Assembly (NCBI GenBank): GCA_963845755.1
Contig: CAWJTV010000006.1
Location: 32,001 to 96,000 of the forward strand
Direction of reading: 5' to 3'
From: an uncultured Planctomycetota bacterium
GTDB taxonomy: Bacteria; Planctomycetota; Planctomycetia; Isosphaerales; Isosphaeraceae
Length of the DNA: 64,000 bases
Part shown: positions 51,492 to 61,000 of the stretch, piece by piece
Layout of the letters: every line of letters starts with the position of its first letter
Numbering within the stretch: position 1 is the first letter of the stretch
Notes under the pieces: model-generated
Seen by the model: only the letters and a program-made list of their open reading frames with translations
What the model was told of the DNA's origin: nothing
The model's database searches: none
Position numbers and translations under genes: made by a program

Positions 51492-53039
51492 ATGAAGACG
51501 CTGTCGCGCTTCGTCACCAAGTTTACCAGCTTGATCGTCGCCGTGCTCTCGTGTTTTGATCGCGTCCTCTTCAAGGGCTATCTGCCCTTCACCAACGGGC
51601 CGGCCCTCGAAGGCTTCGTCAACCACGTCCTCAAGATCAAGCGTTGCGACTTCATGGCCTTCGCCGAGAAGCAGTCCGAGGCCCTGGTCAACTTCGCCAA
51701 GCGGATGGCCCAGGAGGCCGGCGCCGAATACCGCTATCTTCAGGGCTTCCACCGCAAGGACAAACTGGTCGATGACATCCTCCGACAACGACCGATCTTC
51801 GAAGGCTTGGTCTGCGTCTTCTGTTGCATGGAATGCTGCACCAGCTTTCGGTTGGTTCACGGCAAGGATCGCCCCCGCCTGGTCAATGCACGCCGGCAAC
51901 AGCGCGTCTTGTACTTCTACTTCCTCGATCCGGACTTGGGCCTGATCTACATCCGGCTGACGACCTGGTTCCCGTTCACTGCCCAGGTCTACGTCAACGG
52001 CCACTCCTGGCTGGAAAAGCAGCTACTCCAACAGCGGCTGGGATTCGATCTGAAAGACAATGCCTTCACGGCCCTGGACGATCCCACGGCCGCCCAGGAG
52101 TTGGCCGATTCGTTCGCCCAGTTGAACTGGGCCAAGATCCTCAACCGCCTGGTGCGCCAGGTCAATCCTTTGATGAACGAGCGGTGGTTTCGCAGCTACA
52201 GCTATTATGGGGTCGTCAACCAAGCCGAGTATGCCACCGACTTGATCTTCACCGGCCGCGAGGCGTTGGCTGGTCTTTATCCGCGGCTGCTGGACCACGC
52301 CGCGGTCAACTTCTCGGCGAAAGAGATCTTGAGTTTCCTGGGGCGGAGATTCCATCCGCGGTTCGAGGGGGAGGTGCTGACGGATTGCCAGAAGGGTCGT
52401 TGGCCCGGGGCGCGAATCAAGCACCGGATGAAGAACAATTGGCTGAAGATGTACGACAAATTCGGCTGGGTGCTGCGGATCGAGACGGTGATCAATAACC
52501 CGTCCGAGTTTCGGGTGCGGCGGCTACGGCCCCGTCAAGGGCGCCGGGAGATGGTCTGGTGCCCGATGAACAAAGGGGTGATCAACCTGTATCGCTACCG
52601 CGAGGTGGCATTGGCGTCGAACCGCCGCTACCTGGACGCGTTGGCGGTGGTGGACGATCCGGCGCCGGCTTATCGACAGGTCGAGGAGCTGACCGAACCG
52701 GTGGTGGTCTCCGGGCGAAGTCATGCCGGGTTCAACCCGGCCAGCGCCGGAGACGTGAAGTGGTTCCAGGCGGTGCTCCGGGGCGAGAACTTGCTGCGTG
52801 GCTTCCGCAACGCCGACATCCGAGAGGCGGTGTACGGCTCGACCGAGGATGCCGGGGAGCGGCGTCGCCAAAGCCACGCGGTAGGTCGCCTGCTGAAGCG
52901 ATTGCACGTGCGCGGGTTGATTGTGAAGGTGCCTCACAGCCATCGGTGGCACGTCAGCCCGAAGGGGCATCAGATGCTCGGTGCCATCGTGCGGTTGTAC
53001 CATGATGGAGTCCCGGCAGCGGTCGGTCGAGCGGCGTAA
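51492..53039 (+). CDS. putative transposase/Rep-like protein with C-terminal wHTH, paralog 1
   Basis: SCFDRV, YFYFLDPDLG, VNGH, QAEY, KMYDK, RIET, LKRLHVRGLI; AAGGAG RBS. Confidence 0.8.
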   Translation: MKTLSRFVTKFTSLIVAVLSCFDRVLFKGYLPFTNGPALEGFVNHVLKIKRCDFMAFAEKQSEALVNFAKRMAQEAGAEYRYLQGFHRKDKLVDDILRQRPIFEGLVCVFCCMECCTSFRLVHGKDRPRLVNARRQQRVLYFYFLDPDLGLIYIRLTTWFPFTAQVYVNGHSWLEKQLLQQRLGFDLKDNAFTALDDPTAAQELADSFAQLNWAKILNRLVRQVNPLMNERWFRSYSYYGVVNQAEYATDLIFTGREALAGLYPRLLDHAAVNFSAKEILSFLGRRFHPRFEGEVLTDCQKGRWPGARIKHRMKNNWLKMYDKFGWVLRIETVINNPSEFRVRRLRPRQGRREMVWCPMNKGVINLYRYREVALASNRRYLDALAVVDDPAPAYRQVEELTEPVVVSGRSHAGFNPASAGDVKWFQAVLRGENLLRGFRNADIREAVYGSTEDAGERRRQSHAVGRLLKRLHVRGLIVKVPHSHRWHVSPKGHQMLGAIVRLYHDGVPAAVGRAA

Positions 53040-53183
53040 ACCGCCGAAACATGCGCGCACGGCGCAGAGATCCTACGGAGGTAGACTCTACGCTTTTTCG
53101 GGACTGCGCCGAAAAAGTGGCCCCTGCGGGGCAGTTGTCCGGCTATCATGACGCGCTGCACCTTGTGACGCAGGAGCCCTCCG

Positions 53184-54971
53184 ATGATCCTTCCTCCGCC
53201 GGGGCACCAATCGGTTCCCAAGCCCAAACCCAGGCGTCTTCCTCCACAGGGACCCAAGCGACCCAACCCCAAGTCCCATCGTCGGCGTCGGCCCAAGCCG
53301 GACCCGACTCTCTTCGGTCCCGATCCCTTGAGTCGGCATTATGCCTCCCGGCTCGAAGGCGTCTACGATTGCATCGATCGGCTGACCATCAACGCCTACT
53401 TCCCGATCGCGCAGACTCCGGGAGGTTTTCGCACCTGGTGGCGCGACCTGTTCGACTCGGACGACCATCTCGACAATACCCACCTGATGCGCCTGGCAGG
53501 CCGGTTCAGCCGCCGCATGCGGGGCTGGGCCAAGAAGCACGGGATTCCGGTGATCGACTGTCGCGCCGGCGAACGGAAGCATGAGATCGGCGAACAGTAC
53601 CTGCCCACCGATCCCACGCGCACGGGGATCTTCTGTGTCTTGGTCAACCGCGCCCCGGCCCCCATCTGGGACGTGCAACGCTACGGCAACGACGGGATCA
53701 ACCTCCGCCGCAAGGAGCCGTTCCCTTACGTCAATCACTACTTCTTTCATATCTGGGATGCCGACTGGGGACATCTGACCGTCCGCATGTGCGGCCACCC
53801 TCCCTTCGGCGCCCTGGTCATCCTCAACGGCCATGAATACGTGGCCAACCAGGCGACGCGGCAAGGAATCCGCTTCACCAAGGAAGGTAACTGCTTCACC
53901 GATTGGGACAATGCCGCAGACCTGAACCAGCTCGCAGATACCTTGCGCCAAGCTGGCGCGATAGGGCGGCTGGAACAGGTCCTGCGGTATTGGCTGTCTC
54001 AGTGCCTCTGTCTGGCCTTGGATGTGGCCGAACAGAAGAAGATGCACTGCCAGTACGCGTTCTCGATCTATCAGGTCGAGTACAGCCGCAACCTGCTGTT
54101 CCGGGGTGGTCGGGATCTGGAAACGGCCTTTCAGGGCCTGATCGATCGCACCCGAGCCCAGTTGGATCTCAAGAGGGTGATCACGATCTTCGGTTACAAG
54201 CACCGCCCCAACACCCGGGAACGGACCAAGCGCGACCCTCGTTTGCAAGTCGTGACCGAGAGACCTACGTATGATCTGACGGTGTTCAAGATCCACTGCG
54301 GGAGCTTGACCCTGAAGATGTATACCAAAGGCGGCCGCGTCTGGCGGACGGAGGTGATCGTGCACAACCTTCGAGATCAACAGCATTGGCATCGCTCGCT
54401 GTGGGCGTTGCCGGAGATCGCGGGGCACTTGAGGGACATCCTGGAGCGGTTCCTGGCGGTGGTCCGGTGCGTGGACGCCGCCACGCTGGATGATGGGACG
54501 TTGGAAGCGTTGCTCTTGCCCTCGCAGGTGGGTCGCAGCCGCGTGGCGGGGATCGATGTGAATCGCCCGCGGATGGTGGCCGTGTTGCAGGCGGTGGTGA
54601 TGTTGTCGAGTCGTCCCGGTGGCCTGGTCAGCCGAGAGCTGGCGGCCCAAGTTCGGGATCTGACGGGTCAGAGCGAGGCGGAGTACGGTCCACGACAGGC
54701 GTCGTACGACCTGAAGAAGCTGCGGGCCAAGGGGTTGGTGGAGCGTGTGCAGAAGTCGCGGCGTTACGCGGCCACGGAGTCGGGTCTTCGGACGATGGCC
54801 GCGGTGGGAATCGTGCGTGAGCAGGTGCTCAAACCGATTCTGGCCAAGGCGTGTCAGCCCGAATCCGATCCCCCGCTCCCCCTCGAGAATCGCGGCCCGT
54901 TGGAGAATCATTATCAAGCCATCCAAGACGAAGTCCGCAAGCTGTTGCAGACCCTCAAAGTACCGGCGTAG
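53184..54971 (+). CDS. putative transposase/Rep-like protein with C-terminal wHTH, paralog 2
   Basis: DCIDRL, YFFHIWDADWG, LNGH, QVEY, KMYTK, RTEV, LKKLRAKGLV; AGGAG RBS. Confidence 0.8.
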   Translation: MILPPPGHQSVPKPKPRRLPPQGPKRPNPKSHRRRRPKPDPTLFGPDPLSRHYASRLEGVYDCIDRLTINAYFPIAQTPGGFRTWWRDLFDSDDHLDNTHLMRLAGRFSRRMRGWAKKHGIPVIDCRAGERKHEIGEQYLPTDPTRTGIFCVLVNRAPAPIWDVQRYGNDGINLRRKEPFPYVNHYFFHIWDADWGHLTVRMCGHPPFGALVILNGHEYVANQATRQGIRFTKEGNCFTDWDNAADLNQLADTLRQAGAIGRLEQVLRYWLSQCLCLALDVAEQKKMHCQYAFSIYQVEYSRNLLFRGGRDLETAFQGLIDRTRAQLDLKRVITIFGYKHRPNTRERTKRDPRLQVVTERPTYDLTVFKIHCGSLTLKMYTKGGRVWRTEVIVHNLRDQQHWHRSLWALPEIAGHLRDILERFLAVVRCVDAATLDDGTLEALLLPSQVGRSRVAGIDVNRPRMVAVLQAVVMLSSRPGGLVSRELAAQVRDLTGQSEAEYGPRQASYDLKKLRAKGLVERVQKSRRYAATESGLRTMAAVGIVREQVLKPILAKACQPESDPPLPLENRGPLENHYQAIQDEVRKLLQTLKVPA

Positions 54972-55160
54972 AAACATCGACAACAAATTGTCGATGCCCG
55001 GCCCATAAGGGCCTAGCGAGGCTTCGCCTCTAACCAACTGACGCATGAAGACCGGGCTCTGGGCAAAGGGCTCCGGGGAGTCGAAAACAGAGGCAATGCC
55101 CCCGTTCCTGAAACCGCTGAGCGGTTGGTGGTCCTTCGGACCCAACCCCCGGAGCCCGTT

Positions 55161-56817
55161 ATGAGTTTACAACACGTCGCCTCCGACGTCACTGGCCGCA
55201 AGTCGGCCATGAGCTGGCCGCGCACCATCGCCGAAGTCATCGACCACCACGTGACGCTCGAACTGGAATCCCTGGATCGGGTCTATCTCAACATTTACCA
55301 GCCTCAGCTCCAAACGCCTCGGGCCGTGTTCTACTTCCTCCGCGACCATTATGGGCAGGGTGCGATCTCATCCCATCAGATGAAGGAAATCACCGAGCGA
55401 TTCCTCGACGCGATCGACCAATTTGCGGAGGACGATCAGATCCCGATCATCAGCTTCGAGAAGGGTCGGCGCAAAGAAGACCTGGCGGCCGAGTACCTGG
55501 CTCAATTCTCCGAGACCGAGGGCGTGCTCTTCATCGGAAAGGCTCAGGAGAAGGCCAGGACCTTCCGCACCGAAGGTCGGCGCAATGCCCGTGGGGAGAC
55601 CTACCCTTGGATCGTCGAATCCACCGCGATGATCAATCAATATGACTTCTATGCCGTTGACGCCGACTTCGGGCTGTTCTTCCTCAAGTACAGCTCGTAC
55701 TTCCCCTACGGGGCCAAGCTGTGTTTCAACGGCCATGAATATCTCAAACGTCAACTCGCCAAGGAGGGGATCGGCTACGAGGAATTGGCCAACGGGATCT
55801 TGAGCTGCGCCAACCCCCAGCGGATGCAGGAGTTGGCCGACAGTTTGACGCCGGCGCGGATCCTCTTGTTCTTGAGCAAATGGCAGAACCATCTCCCCGG
55901 TCCGTTCACCGTGGACCAGCAGCGGGCCGGGTATCGTTATCAGGCCTCGATGAGTCAGGTGGAGTTTGCCCGCACTCAGGTCTTTGATCGACCGGTGCAT
56001 GGCCGGATCTTCTTCGAGGAGGTGCTCCGCGAGAACATCGACCTGGGGCGTCCCGACAACCTGCAGCTCATCTTCCAGCGGCGCGTGATCAAGACGACGC
56101 CGGGTCCGTTCCGCACCCGCGTGGTGCGCGAGGGGGTCATCCCGTCGCTGTACGTGGACTATAAGACGAGTCGTCTGAAACAGTATTTCAAAGAAGGCCG
56201 TGCGTTGCGGACGGAGCTGACCGTCAACGATGCCGGGGAGTTCGGCCTGGGTCGGAAGCTGGAGAATCTTCCCGCGTTGCGGGAGTTGGGCTTTCAAGCC
56301 ACACGACGGCTATTGGACGTCGAGAAGACCAGCCAAGACTTCGCCTTCTCCGAGGCGGTGTTCCGGGAAGTGACCGGTCCGTGCCGCGTGGGCGAACAAC
56401 GGGCGTCGGCCTTGCGGTTCAGTGACGAGCTGGTGCAGGCGTTGTTGAGCGTGTTGTTGGTGCTGCGGCTGTTGCCCCGGGGATTTCGCAGTGGTGATCT
56501 GCGGGAGCATCTGGCTTCACTGCTGGGGGTTGATCCCAGCCAATGGACCCAGGGCCGGCTGACGTACCAACTCCGCCGCTTGCGTCTGCACGGCCTGATT
56601 GAACGCGCCCCCGCATCCCATCGCTACACGGTGACCGCCAAGGGGCTCCGGGTGGCGATGTGGTTCACGCGGTGTCATGCGCGGTTGTTCCGGCCGGCAC
56701 TCGGGGAGATCTTCGCGGAAGAGTTCCCCGACGGCACTCCGCTGCGCCGCGCTGGACCGTTTCGATCGAGAGGTGAACCGACATATAGAGAAAGCAAAAG
56801 TTCCTGTGGCAGCTTGA
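55161..56817 (+). CDS. putative transposase/Rep-like protein with C-terminal wHTH, paralog 3 (frameshift near 56750)
   Basis: ESLDRV, YDFYAVDADFG, FNGH, QVEF, KQYFK, RTEL, LRRLRLHGLI; shifted frame ends LDRFDREVNRHIEKAKVPVAA*. Confidence 0.8.
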
Positions 56818-56857
56818 TCCAAAAACTTGACTCAAGTGCGCCAAATCTTCTCCTTAA

Positions 56858-57769
56858 GAGCAGCTCGGAAAAAATGAGTTCACTGGCCCAGGAGCCTCAA
56901 ACAGATCAAGGAACATGCTAACTTGAGGAACGCGTCTTGAATCTCGGTGAGCCGATCCAAACGGCGGCGCAGCCGGCCGAAGGAGTGCAGCCACGCGATG
57001 GTCCGCTCTACGTACCAGCGGGACTTGCCCAAACCGCTGCCGTGCTCCGTATTGCGGGCCGCCAGCACCGGCGTGGTCCCCCGGCCGCGCAAACCCTGCC
57101 GCACCGGTTCCGAGTCGTAGCCCCGATCCCCCTGCAAGCGGTCGGGCTTCTGCCGCTTCGGCCCCGGCTTGCCGCCCACCGGCGGCATGTCGTCGAGCGT
57201 CGTGAAGACCTGGGTGATCTCGGGGACGTTGGCGGCGGTCACCGTCGCCGCCAGCGGCACGCCTTGGGCGTCGGTCATCACGTGGTGCTTGCTGCCGGAT
57301 TTGCTCCGGTCCGTCGGATTCGGGCCGGTATCCTCGCCCCCTTCCGGGGCCTTGGCGAAGGAGGCGTCGATCAGCGCCCGCTCCCAGTCGATCGCGTCAG
57401 CGCCGCCGTCGAGCTCGGCCAGCAAGACGGCGTGCAACTGGCGCCAGACACCGGCCTGCTGCCACGCCTGCAGGTAGGACCGGCAGGTCTTGCCGCAGCC
57501 GCAGCCGAGGTCGGCGGGCAAGTCGTCCCAGGCGATGCCGGTCTTGAGCACGAACAAGATGCCGGTGAGGATCTTGCGGTAGTCCAGGGGTTTGCGTCCC
57601 GGGAAGCGGAAGCGGCGCGGAGGCGGGGGTGGCAGCAAGGGCTCCAGGCGCTTCCACAGCGCATCGGAGACAAGGGGTTTCATGGTGGTCCTCCTTCGGT
57701 TCGGGAGATCACTCTCCGAAGGACTCAAGAGCAGACAGCGTGCCAGTGGATTCATTTTTTCCGAGCGCC
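56858..57769 (-). mobile_element. IS5-family element
   Basis: IRs around GCTCGGAAAAAATGA..CACTGGC; TTAA on both flanks. Confidence 0.92.
56880..57683 (-). CDS. IS5-family transposase
   Basis: GILFVLKTGIAW, IDAS, GSKHH, GDRGYD, RWYVERTIAW. Confidence 0.95.
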   Translation of the reverse strand: MKPLVSDALWKRLEPLLPPPPPRRFRFPGRKPLDYRKILTGILFVLKTGIAWDDLPADLGCGCGKTCRSYLQAWQQAGVWRQLHAVLLAELDGGADAIDWERALIDASFAKAPEGGEDTGPNPTDRSKSGSKHHVMTDAQGVPLAATVTAANVPEITQVFTTLDDMPPVGGKPGPKRQKPDRLQGDRGYDSEPVRQGLRGRGTTPVLAARNTEHGSGLGKSRWYVERTIAWLHSFGRLRRRLDRLTEIQDAFLKLACSLICLRLLGQ

Positions 57770-58085
57770 TTAAAGGGGTCTAAGTGGCTTCGGTCGATCA
57801 GACCGAGGCAGTTCCGCATCCTGCATTTGACGTGCATTGGGCTAGGGGCTCCCGGAACCGGACTGGTGCGTTGTTTCTCGAGGTGCTTTCCCTTAGAATC
57901 GGCGTGGCGAGGGCCGTGGATACGCAAGGATCCGGCCTCGACCGCCAGGATGCGGCGCCCGAGCCCCCGTTTCGCCCTTTACGCCGATTCAGGCTGTCGT
58001 CGTCAACGCGGACGAGCTGGGCCTGGCCGAAGGCACACTGTTGTGCGTCGGCAGCAGACCGGCTCCGACGACTGGAGATCCTTTC

Positions 58086-61000
58086 ATGCGGTTGGCTTCC
58101 CGCTCTCGCCCCGGGGCGTCCCGTCGCAACAACCCGCCGGCACGGTGGCGCAAGTCACCTTCCTGCAAGCCCGACCGGGTGCATTTCCCGCGGTGGGAAC
58201 GGCTGGAGGACCGGTTGTGCCCGTCCACCAACTATGTCGTGGTGGCCCAGACGGGAGACACGCCGGTTCCGGCCGACGGCTCGGGACCCGGCGAACCCCT
58301 GACGCAAGTATCCTCGGCGTCGGTCAATGATTCAGCAGCCGTTGCCTTCCTCGGGGTTTCCGACTCCGGCTTCGGACTGGTGGACGAAGCGACGTCCGGC
58401 GCGGATGGGTCGGTCGACCTCTCGGCCCTGAGCTACGGCAATCGGGATTCCGGCTCTCCCCAGATCGACGACAGCGGCGACGTCATCGCGACGGACTCGG
58501 TCACCACGGAGAGTGTTTCCCAGCCATTCCTGCTCGACTCGTACATTCGGACGTGGCGGCCGGACGGCACCGATGGCTCGGGGCCTCTCGCCCACGGTTC
58601 CGCCGATTCGGTCACGCTTTCCGCGGGCAGCGACGTCGTCCTCCAGCCGACCATCTCGCCCGACGGTACGCAGTTTGCGTATGAGGACGTGACCTGGAAT
58701 GAATTGGATCTGTACATCGATGGCCACCAGGTTCCGGGGTTTTCCGCACTGTCCGGTGGCGCGGCGCTCACCGTGAGCACGCCGGGGCTCCCGGCCGTGA
58801 TCGCCAACGATGGTGCCGTCGTCGTCAACTATCAAAACGCGATCGAAGTCTTCCAGCTCGGCCAATCCCCCGTCACGATCGCCGGCGCGTACATGGGATT
58901 TTCCGGCCTGAATACCAGCCCGGGGATCAGTGCCGACGGCCAGATCGTCGTGTTTTCCGGAGACCTGACCGCCGCCGGGGCCGCCGCACTGAACGCGGCG
59001 CAACCCGGGTTTGCGCCGCTCGAGCCAGGGCCCGGTGTGTTCGCCAGCATCGCAAATCCGTCGGGCGGACGGATCCTCGTCCAGGTCGCCGACGTGGCGG
59101 ACTCCGGGAATGATATCGCCAGCTTTAGCGCGTATGATCAGGTCGGTGTCAGTCCCGTCCCCACGGGGACCTCCGATGGGGAATCGTCGGTCCCGGTGAC
59201 CTACGTCGCCTCCAACGCCTCGGGCGACAAGGAACTCTATGCCAGTCCCCTCGAATTCCAGCTCACGAATGGTTCGGTCGACCTGACGGATCCGACCACC
59301 CTCAAGGTCTCACCGCCTGAACTGCTCCTCGCCGAGGGCGACATGATCGACGGCGTCTCCGGTACGGTCGATGCGCGCTCTTCGTCACGGATTCTCCGAA
59401 CGGAAATGACCAGATCGCCGCCTCGGTGGAAACCGGCTCCGGAGCCCAGGCGGTCCTGCGCGTTTCGCTGCCGGACGTCACGATCGACTCGGTGAAGACC
59501 ACGGACTCGCGAGAAGCCATCGTCGATTACGACATCAACAACCCGGACCTGACGCAGCCCTTCTACATCCAGATTTACCGCTCCGACCAACCCACGTTCG
59601 AGAGCGACGATCCCAACAACGTGGCGGTGGGGCAGCCGTACGCGGTCACCAACTTGCAACCAGGGCACCCTCAGACGCCTCCTTCCATCGACCTGAGTCA
59701 ACAGAATAGTAACTGGGGGGCACAAGGAACCAGTCAACCGGGACAAGACAACCTGATCCTGCCCTTGGCCCCGGACCCGAGCCTTCCCTACGTCCTTGCC
59801 GTGGTGGTGGATGCTCAGGGGAAGGTACCGGCCAACTTAACGACCTACGACAGTCGAGCTCATTTCAAGATCTGGGTCATCGCCGACGTAACCTATGGAT
59901 TCCAGATCACGAGCACGCCGCCGGATTGGCCCCAGCAGATGGCCGCCGCGCTCCAGGGCTTCTTGCCCGCGGGCGCGGACTACGCTTCGGCGGCATCGCC
60001 TTCAACTGGAACAGCAGCCTGTTGTCGGGGACGGGCCAAGCGGTCATCGGCGGGCACCGGCTCTACCAGCAGATCCTGGGACAAGCCGACGCGCTCAACG
60101 CCCAGCTCGGGACCAACGACGTCATCGACGTCCACCTCATCGGCCACAGCCGGGGATCGGCAGTGATCGGCCAGGCGATGCAAGACCTGGTGAACCAGCG
60201 CTCTCCCGAGGAGCCGGCCCTCCAGGAGGGATACTATAAGCTGACCTTTCTGGATCCCCACCCGGCGAATATCCATACGTCCGTTGACGTCAGCATGGCC
60301 GCTCCGCCGCCCTTCGCCCTGGCCGCGCTCCTCATCTATTCGATTCGCAGCACCGCCTATAATGACCCGTCCGTGACTGTTCCCAGCCGGGTCAACCAGG
60401 TGGAGGACTTATACCAGCAGAACTCCAACCTCGAGATCTTGACGACTTGCCCGTCCTGCCTCGTGCCCGATGGGGATTGGAAAGAGGCGTTCTTCAATCT
60501 CCAGGGAGATCCAACACAGATCCAGATCCAAGACCCGACGAAGACCGTCAACGCGCAATACAACCTGAGCCCCCTGGGCCTTGGGCACAGCAACGTCTGG
60601 GAATGGTATCGGGATCACGTCATACAGACCCTCGGCACCGGGGCGGCGCCACCGTTTCCCGCCTCGTCGGGAGGCTCGGCTCCCCCGCCCGGTAACCTGA
60701 ACTTGCAGCAACTCCTCTATCCCCAGTACATCGACGCTCAGGACGAAGCGACCGCGCTGGCCGGTGACCTGACGATGGCCAGCACCGACCTGGACCAGGG
60801 TAACTACTCGCAATCGATCGGCGTCTTGCAGACGTTCGTCGGTGCCGTCGGGGCGGCGCCGGCGGCGGACTTCACCCAGAATTCCGCCGGTGTCCTTGTC
60901 TCGATCGTCCAGGGACTCATCGGCGACCTCGGTTCCACGGACATCGCCAACGTCAACAGTTCCACGGCCCAGGGCCCGAATGCCACGGCGACCGTGGCGG

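Larger units (their letters stand above)
51384..57782 (+). mobile_element. tandem array of three candidate IR-less mobile units (~51384-53090, 53091-55015, 55016-57782; last end split by IS5)
   Basis: One paralogous gene per unit, each followed by a 44-nt AAAC...CTA end; left limits inferred. Confidence 0.65.

Noticed and set aside
51492..56817. Calling the three paralogs MarR-type regulators
   Set aside because: The wHTH covers only the C-terminus; about 400 upstream residues carry conserved catalytic-looking motifs.
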